Assembly (NCBI RefSeq): GCF_009914755.1
Contig: NC_060928.1
Length of the DNA: 64,000 bases
Direction: 5' to 3' (one strand)
Source: the human T2T-CHM13v2.0 reference genome, Homo sapiens
Below the pieces are notes generated by a model that saw nothing but the letters and a program-made list of their open reading frames with translations, had not been told where the DNA came from and searched no databases. The translations under genes and the position numbers were made by a program. How positions within the stretch are numbered: the first letter of the stretch is position 1; each line of letters starts with the position of its first letter. This document shows, in pieces, positions 25,880 to 43,299 of this stretch.

Positions 25880-26119
25880 CATTGATCCCAGGTGTTTAGA
25901 AAAACTCAACCAATTGTCAAACAGAAAATTTAAAATGCTACCTGAAAGCCTCCCCTCCCCCACACCTCCACTGCCTCCCACAATGTATAAAATCCCAACC
26001 ACCTCGGACACGTGTTCTCAGCATCTCCTGAGGGCTATGTCACAGACCATGGTTATTCATATTTGGCTCAGAATAAATCTATTCAAATATTTTACAGAGT
26101 TTGACTCTTTTCATTGACA
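25880..26119 (+). mobile_element. MER4(B/D)-like LTR 3' piece
   Basis: actcaaccaattgtcaa...catatttggctcagaataaatct..tcaaatattttacagagtttgactcttttcattgaca. Confidence 0.85.
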
Positions 26120-26311
26120 TTCTATAAAATATTCTAGTTTTAAAAAGTATGTCACTTTTTCTACAAGAGCATTTTAGCTAAAACAAAATTAGCCTTACTT
26201 TGGTCATTATTGTGAGGTCTTTAGGGTGCAGGCTGTTACAGACCTTGAATTATTCAGGAACTGCCTATAACATACATGTTTCACTGGGGCCTTAGAAGAT
26301 ACAGGAGGCAA

Positions 26312-26606
26312 ACAGGGATGGTGACTCGCACCTATAATCCCAGCACTTTGGGAGGCCAAGGTGGGTGGATCACCTGAGGTCAGGAGTTTGAGACCAGCCA
26401 ACATGGTGAAACCCTGTCTCTACTAAAAATTCAAAAGTTAGCCAGGCGTGGTGGGGGGCACCTTGAATCCCAGCTACTCAGGAGGCTGAGGCAGGAGAAT
26501 TAAAATGAGCCAAGATCATTGGTTGCAAGGAGCCAAGATCACACCATTGCACTCCAGCCTGGAGGGACAAGAATGAAACTCTGTCTCCAAAAAAAAAAAA
26601 AAAAAA
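26312..26606 (+). mobile_element. AluS (Sq/Sp-like) with rearranged right monomer
   Basis: cccagcactttgggaggccaagg...acaagaatgaaactctgtctc plus polyA. Confidence 0.93.
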
Positions 26607-27761
26607 GGAAATGAAGGCTGACATCTGCTTTTGCTCAAGAACACTCATGAGGGCCTCATTTTAAATTATTAGTACCAAATTTTGGTAAGCAGTACTAGGT
26701 TGGCTGTCCTTGATCCCATTCCTCACTTAAAAGAAGGTGGAGATTGTGTAAGGACTGATTAGAATTAGAAATCTTCACAGAATTACAGGGTGAAACTCAA
26801 GGTGATCCTGTGGTGTTGTAAGTGGGTACTTAAATAAGGCCTATGTCCTGATGCTAGGGAAATTTATGAAATTAGAACTGAGAGCAAAGATGAAGAATAC
26901 TAATGGGAAGCCATGCTGAATATAATAGATTTTCCAGGCCTGGGTTAGATGTTTATTTAATGGGAGAAGAATCTCCTGAGTGGGATTATCTAACCCAAGG
27001 TGGTAAACAATATTAATTTGAACACTGGGTACATGTGGCCAACTCAGAATGTATTAACTTAGCAATACATAAAAACAAAAATATCCAAGGCAGTAAGCAA
27101 AAGGGAAGTAAAAACAAAGTAGAGGTTCTGATCAGACAAAAAGTGTTAGGCTTATGTGTGTTCCAGAAGGAAAAAGACCAAATTCTACAACCACAGCCAG
27201 GCCCTCGGTAAGGAGTAGAACAGCAGAGGGAGGCACAACTTGAGAACTGCAGCCACTAGTGAATAAAAGAATAAAAGATGTAGCAGGATGAGACACTTCT
27301 TGAGGCCCGGAACACCCAAAAAGGAAAGGCAGACAGTGCCTTGAAGAACATGTAGAAGAGGCATTCTTCTTTGCTAGGCCGCTAAAGGAACACATTTCAG
27401 GAACATCACTAGCACCTTCGGTACTGAAATCTGCTGAACATGATTCTCCAGCTGAAAAACACTTGAGCAAGAGAATTTCATGAACCCATGCTATCCCATA
27501 GCCAGAGTTTCTGACAGCTGCTCCCATAGCATGAGACCACTCCTCAAACACGGTAGAGGCTGTGCCATTAGCCAGAGTTGATGAACAATGAAGAAATGAG
27601 ATTTTAGAAACACAGGGCATGGAAGGAAATGGAAACTGATAAGTTTTGAATAATCATGCCAGGAAATAAACATATGTGATCCCGAGCTTCTGATCCAGGG
27701 ACCTGGGCTCCCGCCATCACAGTTTTCTAAACTTAGCAAGAAGGTTTTTAAGGCTACTAAG

Positions 27762-28268
<507 letters not shown>

Positions 28269-30381
28269 CCCCAGGAGAAACAGTGTTCATGGGGTGCTTC
28301 CTCCCCTTTGATATGGTAAATGCATTCTGTCCAAATCATCTTCTTATTGGGATATTGCTAAAGACTGAATTAAGGGCTGTACTTTATAAATTTTGTAATC
28401 CTGAAATACATTGCCTGACATCCTGGCAAGACTAAAAGAGAAAAAAAAAATCTCCTTTTACTATCTTTCCCACAAATATCACTGATTTTTAGGTATTTAG
28501 CAGCACCGAAGACTGAGATCTGGAAAAGTAATTTTGTTTTTGGATCTGGAGATAATCTTATTTCTAAATTTTGCTGTCAGATTTCAGTGCTGTAATAATT
28601 TCATATGTACTATAATCTCATTTGATTGTAAGGTAATATCAGTTCTTGTGCTATGAAGGAATTACAGCCCTGTCAAGAAGAGGGAGCTCAGACATCAGGA
28701 ACGCCACCCTCTGGCTAAATCTAAGCAAAACAAGAACCTGAACAAGACTTCAATTGTTTTGCATTTTTAGCTGAAAAGGTGAAAACATTTAATTTGTAGA
28801 TTTAATTCTTTAGTTTTGGAAATCTTTGGGCTTTAACTTGCAAGGAGATTTAATCTTTGAAATTTAATGTGTTCCTAGGGACTTCTTAATGAGCATGGAT
28901 TTATATATTTAAATTTGGAGCATCTCTATATTGGTATCATTGAGATATCAAAAATATTGTTATTTGATTTTCTTTAAAAAACCTTACAAGCTGATATTAA
29001 ATAGTGGCTAGACATATTTTGAGATGAACAACAGAATAAGAATAAAATATTTGCCTTTGGGTATAAGAATTTGTCTGGACATTACATTGATTAAATCCTC
29101 AGTGGATTTAAGCCCATCACCCACCATGATTTCACGTTGACAATGGGCAGTGGCCACGTCCACCTCTCTGTCCCCTTTCTCCCTCTGCTACTGGTGTTCC
29201 CTTCACCCACCAAATAAACTGCATGCTCTCAGAGTCTAATTTAGAGGTAACGCAAAGAAGAGAAAAAAAACAAAACATTGGTTGAAAGAGCAGATCAATG
29301 AACATGTAAACATTCCTTACATATAGATTTTTTAGTGGAGGAGGCAGCTGTGTTAAGGTCAGGAAGAAATTCAGAGACAATAGTGCTATCTCTACAAGGT
29401 CTTTCTCTCTATCCCTTCACATCTTCACTATTTGTGTCACTGACCAGTCAGCAGATTATCTTGGCTTTATTTCCACAGTTTTCCTCTGACAAGTCTCACT
29501 GCTTTGCCTCTTGAATCTCTATTTAGTCTATTACTAGAAGAATCCTTCAGAATATGAGATCAGGGCATCAGCTTTAATACGAACTCCACAATCCCTTCTT
29601 TAACCAGTACTTGCTGAGTATCCCCTAACTGCTAGTCCCTGTTCTAATGCTTAGGATGCACCCGAGAACAAAGCCAAACCAGGAAGTCTCGATAGAGTCA
29701 AATCACTTATATCTTGGGTCAGAAATCAGAACTACTATTCTAAGAATACGCACTATGAGAAAGAGGAATGATAGTCTCCCAAGCCACAACAACACACATT
29801 CCCTTTGGAACTCTGTTATCCAACTTGAAACAGATCCTTTACGCAAGCCAAAATAAGAAAGTCAGCATCAATGCTAACTGTATTTTTTTAAAGGAAAATA
29901 TTATTATATATATTTAAGGTACACAAGATGATATTATGGGATACATATACAAAGTAAAAAGGTTACTAGAGAGAAGCAAATTAAAATACATGTCACTTCA
30001 CATAATTATCCATTTCTTTGCTTTTGTTGCAGAAGCAGTTATGACACACTCATTTAGCATGAATCAGAAATATAGGAAAATTTTATTGCCTATAATTCCC
30101 ATGTTGTATGTTAGGTCTCTCGATTTGTTCATGCTACATATTTGGATCCTCTGATCTATTTCTCCTCATTTCCTCCCCACATCCCAACCCATGCACATGG
30201 TAACTAGTTTGTTTTCTATCTGTATGAATGATTTTTTTAAGATTCTATGTGTATAAGGGGGATCATACAGTATGATTTTTCTGTGTCTGGTTTATTTCAC
30301 TTAACATAGTGTTCTCCAGGATATATTGTAGCAAATGGCAAGATCTCATTCTTTTTTAGGGCTAAATAATATTCTATAGTT

Positions 30382-30595
30382 TTATGTACACACACACTCT
30401 TATACTTCATAGTCATATATATATATACACATGCACATATAGACATATATGTATATTGTATATATGTATATCATATTATATATCATATATTATACATATA
30501 TGTATATATGTATATATGTATGTATATTTTATATATGTATGTATATTTTATACATATGTATATATGTATATATTTTACATATATGTATAGATAAA
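30382..30595. repeat. TA/TATG low-complexity tract
   Basis: Direct reading. Confidence 0.9.
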
Positions 30596-30897
30596 ATATA
30601 GAACAGAAAAAATTCAAAACCTACAGGCCTATCTTTCTGATGAACATGTATGTAAAAATCCTTAATAAAATATTAATTAACCAAATCCACCAACATATCA
30701 AAATGTGTATACTTTATCCCCAAGTGTGAGTGATCCCTAGTATGCAAGGCTGGTTTAACGTATGCACGTCAATTGACACAATACATCACATTAACAGAAC
30801 AAAGGATAAGACCACGTTTGTCTCAATTATGCAACAGTACCATTTGACAAATTTCAACATCTTTTATCGATAAAAACTCTTAACATTTTAAGAATAG
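30596..30897 (+). mobile_element. L1 ORF2 (RT) fragment in opposite orientation to its host
   Basis: ctacaggcctatctttctgatgaacat...atgcaaggctggtttaac...catttgacaaatttcaacatc. Confidence 0.85.
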
Positions 30898-30929
30898 TTT
30901 ATATATGTACATGAAATATATCTATCTTG

Positions 30930-30973
<44 letters not shown>

Positions 30974-30980
30974 GTCTATG
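30930..30980. repeat. (TCTA)n STR
   Basis: Direct reading. Confidence 0.95.
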
Positions 30981-31258
30981 TATAATATAGTCGTTTCCAT
31001 ATCTTGGCTATTGTGAATAATGCTGCAATAAACATAAAAGTACAGATGATTTTATTTCTTTAGAAGATATGCCCAGAAGAGGGATTTGTGAGTCATCTGG
31101 TAGTTCTTCAGAAACCTTCACACTGTTTTCCATAACGGCAGTACCAATAAACATTCTCATTAACAATGTATAAGAGTTTTCTTTTTTCCACACCTTGAGA
31201 AAGGTTTATTATCTTTGACTTTTTGAAAATAGGCATCCTAACAAGTGTGAGGTGGTAT

Positions 31259-32087
31259 TGAAATGGGAAAAGTTTGCTTGTCCCCCTCACAGGGCACGCG
31301 ATGGGGGTTTGGCTCATTTATTCAGTGTCCCGCTGCTCAAACCTCTAGTGGGAGCATGAAAATGGGCAGGTTGTGGGGTTCTGACCCCATGGCAGTGTCT
31401 ACGGGTGAATGTTCACAGCTGAAGCCCCAGTGGGTATGTGTTACATGGTGCTCTTTCAGTTTAGCCGTCAGTGGGCGGCTTGTGTTACCTCAATTAGACC
31501 CCTGCCTTATCGCAAGGATAGAGGACTTTCTGTATCCTAGGGCTTCTTGCTTTGGTATACTGGATGAATGGAATCACACGTGGGCTTGGAGAATGAGCTC
31601 AAGGTTTTATGGAGCGGAAGTCGCTCTCAGAAGATGGGGGAGACAGAAGGGAGATGGAGTGGGAAAGTGCTTTTTGCCTGGAGTCGGGTCTTTCAGCGGC
31701 CAGGTTCCCCTCCAACCACGCAGGCCAAACTCTGCATCATTCCACTGGTTGATGGCCTGCCAGCTTGCCGACATCTGCCCGTAACTGTTGGTAAGCTCTT
31801 ACACCGGTGTGTTCCTCTCGACATCCAGTTGCTTGTGTCTTCTTCTGCCCGTGTGTTCCTCTCAACATTCAGTCACTTGTGTGCATGCCAGCTAGGGTCT
31901 CAGGGTTTTTATAGGCACAGAATAGGGGCATGGCAGGCCAGGGTGGTCTTGGGAAATACAACATTTCGGCAGGAAAACAGAAATGCCTGTCCTCACCTAG
32001 GTTCCTGGGCACAGGCCCCGGGGGTGGAGCCCTAGTCAGGGACCCAATCTCCTTCTATCAGCACTTTCTTGCCCTGCTCCCATATCA
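31259..32087 (-). mobile_element. LTR1-family (HUERS-type ERV1) solo LTR
   Basis: Reverse complement tgatatggg...ctagggctccaccccc...ctaggtgaggacaggc...gcctataaaaaccc; perfect TSD gtat. Confidence 0.88.
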
Positions 32088-34360
32088 GTATCTCATAGAG
32101 GTTTTGATTTGCAATTCCCTGATAATTAATTATATTGACCACCTTTGTATCTACCTGTTGGCCATTTCAAGATACATTTTGAAAAAAATATCTATTCAGG
32201 CCTTTTACTGATTGTTTAATGAAATTGTTTTTCTACTATTTGTATGAGTTCTTTACAAATGTTGGATATTAATTCTTTATCAGATACACAGTTTCCAACT
32301 CGTTTTTCACAATTCATACTCTGCTGTTTCATTTTATTTATTATTTCTTTTGCTGTGCAGAAATTTTTAGTTTGATGTATTCCCTTTTTTTTAATTTTTG
32401 CTTAGTGGTCTGAGCTTTTAGTATGATATTGAAGAAGCCATTCCCAAGGCCAATATCTAGGATATTTTGCTTTATGTTGTCTTCTAGGAGTTTTGCAGTT
32501 TATGGTCTTACATTTAGGACTCTTCTTTGAGTTCATTTTTGTGTATCTTGTAAGATAAGGGTCCAATTTTATTCTTGTGCATATAGCACCATTTATTGAA
32601 AAGACTATCCTTTTCCTATTGTGTCCTCTTGGTGCCCTTGTCAAAAATTAGTTGACCATAAATATTTGGATTTATTTCTGTGCTCCATGTTTTGCTCCAC
32701 TGGTTTATGTTTCTCTCTCTCTCTCTAATTTCAGTGCCAAAAAGTTTTGATTACTGTAGCTTTGTATTATAATTTTAAATCAGGAATTATGATGGTTCCA
32801 ACTTTTGCTTTTTCAGAATTGTTTTGGCTATTCAGGGTTTTTATGTTTTCATGAACAATTTAGGAGTTTTTTTTCTATTTCTGTAAAGAACGACATTGGA
32901 ATTTTTATAGAGGCTGCATTGAATTTGTGTATTGTTTTGGGTAGTATGCATGTTTTAATAATATCCTTCAGTGCATGAACATGAGGTATCTTTCCATTTA
33001 TTTGTGTCTTCTCCAATTTTTTCATCAATGTTTTATAATTTTCAGCATACAGGTCTTTCCCCTTTGTGATTAGGTTCATTCCCAAGTATTTTTACTTGGG
33101 AGAGTTCAACAGTGAAGCCATCTGGTCCTTGGTTTGTCTTTATTGGGAGATTTTTGATTAGTTCTTAAAACTCTTCATTTGTTATTGGTCTGTTCAGGCT
33201 ATTTTCTCCTCACTCAATCTGGATAGGTTGTGCTATTTTAGAAATGTATTCATTTTCTCCAAATTGTTTAATTTTTTGGTATGTAATTGTTTACCATAGT
33301 CCCTCATGGTCCTTTTTATTTCTGAGGCATCTATTATAATTTCTTCATATTCATTTTTAATTTAATTTATTTTAGTATTCCCTTTTGTTTCTTAGTTAAG
33401 ACTAGCTCTTGGTTTGTATGTTTTAATTATTTTTTATAAAAATAAAGACAACTTATTTTTGTTGATTCTATGATTTTTCTATTTTCTATTTGATTTATTT
33501 CTGTTCTGATTTTTATGATTTTTCTTCCTTCTGCTTATTTTGGGTTTAGTTTGTTCTTTCTCTAGTTCCTTGAGACAACTTGGGATGTTTCTTCTTTTTG
33601 AATGTGCACATTTGTTACAGAAACTTTCCTTTTAGAATTGCTTTTGTTATGTTATATATGTTTTGGTATGTTGTACTTTCCTTGTTTGTATCAAGATTTA
33701 AAGAAAAATCCTTTTGATTAGGTCTTTGACCCATTTGTTGTCCAGGAACATGTGGTTTAACTTCCATATATTTGTACTTTTTAAAAATTTCATCCTGTTA
33801 TTAATTTCTAGTTTCATACCATTGTCATCTGAAATGATACTGTGTTTGACATCAATCTTCCTATATTTGGTAAGACTTGTTTATTGGTCTAACATATGGT
33901 CTATTCTAGAGAGTACTCTATGTGCTCTAGAGAAAAAAAAATGTGTATTCTGTTGCTGTTGGATGGTAAGTTCTGTATATGTCGGTTAAGTCCATTTGGG
34001 CAAAAATGTAATTAAAGTTCTATATTCTTAAAATTATTTTTATGTCTGATCAATCTATTTATTGTTGAAAGCGAAGTAATGAAATCCCTTACTATTATTG
34101 TATTGCTACCTATATGTTTTTTCATGTCCATAAATGTTTATGTATTTAGGTGCTTCAATGTTAGGAAGATATATATTTACAATTTTTATGCTATCTTAAT
34201 AAATTCACCTTATTATTAAATAATGCTTTTTAATGTCTTGTGACAGTTTTAACTTGATGCCTATTTTATGAGATATATGTATAGCCTAACCTTTCTGTCT
34301 TTTGGTTACCATTTGCTTCGAAGACCTTCAACCATTCCTTCAGTTTATGTGTCCTTAAAT

Positions 34361-38706
<4,346 letters not shown>

Positions 38707-40193
38707 TGATAACTCGAACTCATAGTTGAAGGTATTTTTCTTGGGTTTGGGGTTGGCATGGCCCACAATCAGCTACAGAGACAATGGGATCCAGGGCTCA
38801 GGTGTTCAGAGAAGCTGTGGTGCCAGTTTCCTGGTCTCAGGGTCTTGTGAAACTCCTATAACACCTGGAACATGAGGCACAGGTTCACTAACTAAGCCCA
38901 GGGTGGATGCTGTTTTTCCAGTAAGCCAAGATTTATTCCTCTGAGGCATATCCCAGTAGCTTGGGCCTAGGGAGTTATAACGTAGCTGTGGTTCTGTCCC
39001 TGGCAGGAAGGCCACAACACTGGCATTGGCTTTGAAGAAGAAGAGGTGTTTTAGAGGCTGGGGCCTCAGAGAGCAATGCACAGCTGCAATTGGAGAACAA
39101 GAACAAACAATACCACTTGGGATCCAGGGAATGAGCTACCACAAAGTTGTAAATGTGGACCCTGGAATGGTAGGACACAGTAGTATCCTTTGCTCTGCGA
39201 GCCAAGATGAAACAACTGGAAGGACCCAGAAATGTCAAGATATGGCTTGGGCCCAAGGGAAGGGGAGAAAAACAGTGATGACTCTGCTTCCCAGAAAGGC
39301 AAGGCATGTATATGGCTTGACCTCAGGGGGCTAGTCCAGTTCTGTGTAGGCATGGCACTGTGGCTGTATGCCTGGAGAGTGGAGTGGCACAGCTTAGCCT
39401 AGGCTCCAATTCTCTGAGATGTAAGGCACCTCTGCTTGGTCCAAGAAAGTGTGGCTACATAGGTAAATGAAGCCTGTAGATCCCTGGGAGCTGGGGCACA
39501 TTGTCAGCAGTGGTACCAGGAAGCATGACTGCTCTAGTGTGCCAGAAACCTGGGTCACTGGGAAGCACAGTGTCACTTCAGCTTGGCCCTAAAGGCAGGG
39601 TTCACCAGAGACCAGAGAAAAAGATGGAGTAGCTCTGTAGTATCTTGGCCCTAGGGGATTAGGCATAGCAGCAGCTTGGTTCAGAGATGGCATGATACCA
39701 GGTGGGCATCTTGCATTGGTGGAAGGTCTCATAAATAGAAAGTGCAATTACCACTCGCTTCTGGAGCAGGACACACTCTAGCAGTGACTCTAGTCCAAAG
39801 ATGGTGCAGTGCGGTAGTAGTACAGGCCATGGGGAGGGTGTGGGGTGCAGTGTTGACTTCTCTAGGAGTAGCTTTGTCTGTGGGCTCTGGAGAGCTCCCT
39901 TTGCTGGGCTTGGAGCCCGTGGGGACTACAGCAGTCTCCAGTGATGAAGACTGCAAGTGTCCACAGTGGCTATGGGGGCTGCTGGTATCTTCTTGCTTAC
40001 CCCTTAAGGAAAAGGAGGGAGTTCCTCCTAGTTTTGGCTGATCCAGAATTGGGGAATGGAGTGGCAGAGGCAAGATGTGCTCTCCTCTAAGAAGTTGTCT
40101 TGGGTTTCTGTGCTTTACAGGATTTTTGCTGCTCCTTTGCTGTTCTAAAGTACTTACTGTTAGTTATTTTGATTAAAATGCAGCTGCTTATTC

Positions 40194-40196
<3 letters not shown>

Positions 40197-40228
<32 letters not shown>
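40197..40228. repeat. (TG)n
   Basis: Direct reading. Confidence 0.95.
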
Positions 40229-40230
<2 letters not shown>

Positions 40231-41269
40231 GGAAACAGTGCTAGGAGCTTTTGGTTGGCTATCTTCCTCAAAGCTAACACAATTTTGGTGTTAATTTACA
40301 AGGCATTCATGTGACCTGATTAATGGGATGTACCATACAACAGAATATATTCTTAAAACACTTAAAAATTCTCAGGATGCTCCCCGTGAGGCCTCCTTAT
40401 GGCCTATCTTTCCTCAGACCTTTGTTCTTCTTTCTCTGAATCACACGTGGTTTGATTAATATCAAACCTTTGGGAATATTTCTCGAGAAAATATCTTTTC
40501 TCTCCCCTTTTTCCGCAAGGTTTGTATAGGTTACTTAATAGTGCAGTCAGTTATTGTTTTATCATCAGATGAAAGGTTCCTTTTTTTTGTTCTTTCCTCA
40601 GATTTTTTTCTTGGTTGAAGGAGACAATATGAATCATTTTTTCTTCCCCAAAGGAGAAGAAAGTGGAGTTTGATAAAGGTCAAAAAGAGATAGCTGAAGG
40701 GCGGTAAATTCATTTATTATCTCCCTTGGCACTTTTAGCTGCTTTTTGAAAAATAAGAATCTGTCAGAATAAAGAATTTTAAAATAACATGTGTTCACAC
40801 TAAAAACATGAGTTGTATTAACAAAATGTTACTTTTTTTAATTCCTCAAGTATTTTCTGTAGTAAACACAAGTGATAGCTTGAAAATATGCATAGTATCA
40901 GATCTTGTAAGAGCCAATTGCTGAGTTTTTCAATGTAAGCTAAACTTGACTCAAAAGAAGGTAATTTGCTGATGATGTATTCTCACATATTTCTGTTTAT
41001 ATTTTTCTTACCCCTGCTTATTCTAGATGGAAAAAAAAACATGCAACTCTGTATCTAGGTGAGAAGTTTTGGTATCTCCCTTTACCCTAGGAAGAAATAA
41101 AACATTATATAATTACAGAGGTAAGTCATGTACATAGTAGGAAAATACACAAGCAATAATGTGATGGAACTAACAGCATGATAAGTGTTCAACTGAAATC
41201 TTTGCAAGATAATTGATATATTGAATTAAACACATTTTGTGATGAAGAGCATTAATCTACTGGTTAACC

Positions 41270-41690
41270 CTATCAGTCAGGTTTTGCTATAAAACAGCCA
41301 CAAAATATCAGTGGCATACATCAGAAGTATTTAGTCTCACACATTTGCCAGTCCACTGGGACTTGGTTAATTCAGGATTAACTAGCTGGGCTTGCCACCA
41401 AGATGCAGGTTGGGCTCAGCACTGTTCCACATCCCTTTTAGACTATGATTAACTGAAGCATGTTCTTTTCGTTATGAAACTCAGGAGCTCCAGGAAGTAA
41501 ACTCAATCGTTCAACAGCATTTATGCTTCTCTTTGGGTCACCTCTGGTAACGTCCATTGGCCAGAGCAAATCCGGCCAGCCAAACACAAGATCAAGGAGC
41601 TAGGAAGTACACTTCATGCACATGAGGGTGAGGTGAGGGAGAGAAAGTAGATGTATTCATGTAATTTTGAACATGAATTGATCTGACACT
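41270..41690 (-). mobile_element. MLT1(I/J)-like LTR
   Basis: tatcagtcagg...aaatatcagtggc...cgtccattggccagagcaaat. Confidence 0.65.
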
Positions 41691-42295
41691 TATCTACTCC
41701 AGGAAACATTCACTGAGTATTTTAATTCTTTCATTCTGAAAAATTAAACATTTCAACCAGTTTTTCCTGTTTTGTCCGTATGACTTTTATACTTTGTATG
41801 CAATTGTGCATAGCATACTCCATTGTAATATACTTGTTTATATTTCAGTCTCTCATTAGAGAGGACATCAGGATGCTTTATTCTATCCTGTATATAAAAG
41901 AATCAGTATATTTAACAAAATTTTAGTAGATAAATGGGCTATAAGATGTGTGCGACTACTATGTCATACTCGTTTTATATTTGCAGAAATGAACTAAATG
42001 ATATTTTAATGTTTTTATAAATCTCATTATTTCACAGGCTTAATAAGAGATTTAGCTAAATAAAATGTTTAGAACATTGTAAACACCCAGTAAACATTAG
42101 CTGCTCTTATTAATATTAATGGTCTTATTAGATTTAAATTTGCGAAGCTAAATCTAATCCTTTTATCACTATTTTTATTTATAGCAATTGCTTATCACTA
42201 CTATTATTATGCTTATTACAGTACAGATTATCTTTACCAAATGGCTCCTAAAATTAGATAGAAGAATTTAAATAAATAAGTTAAATACTACTTTC

Positions 42296-42603
<308 letters not shown>

Positions 42604-43299
42604 AAATACTAATTCCTTAATGTGTGCCCCAACTTCAAACAAACTTGAATTTCTATGAAAAATCCTAGTTTTATGAGAATAATTTATTTCTCTGTAGAGG
42701 GAGAAATTGTATTTGATCATATGCACATTATGAGTCAAATATTTTGAGTATAATCATAAATATGCTACAGAACTAGAAAGTAAAGGTTATACAGACCACA
42801 GGGTGATATGGAGTTTCCTGTAGTTTTCCTAAGGGGAGATGATCAAAGAAGCCAGAGATGATTTATAACTAGCCTCTGTGGTATGCTAAACAGAGAAGCT
42901 AAAGCATGTGATCGAGAAGTTGATGGGGTTTCCTGATGGAATATGCTCTGAAATGACCTTATTACGTGCACAACTAAGCCAGTGTTAATGTGTGCATCAG
43001 TGAGAGAGTTAGAAAATCTTCTTAACGAGGGTGAATGGGTTCAAAAGGCTATTTGAGGCTTTGGGGTGGTTTTTTTCTTCTTATTTTTGTTTTAAGCTTG
43101 AATTCCCTCTGAGGGTATACTCCAGTCCAGAAAGTTCAAGGGTAAGAGAGCTCAAGCAGAAAGTAATAGCCTTATTAGGACAAAGAATTAAGGGGTTAGA
43201 TTTTGGGATTACTAAAGCAGCTAGAAATTCAGGGAGGGTATACCAGAAAGATGTTTTAGAAGGAGCTGCTCCAAAATCTGTATAGAAAATCATCTTAAT

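Noticed and set aside
27132-27620. 162-aa minus-strand ORF outside obvious repeats
   Set aside because: Ser/Cys-rich with no recognisable domain or splice context; consistent with the antisense of purine-rich non-coding DNA.
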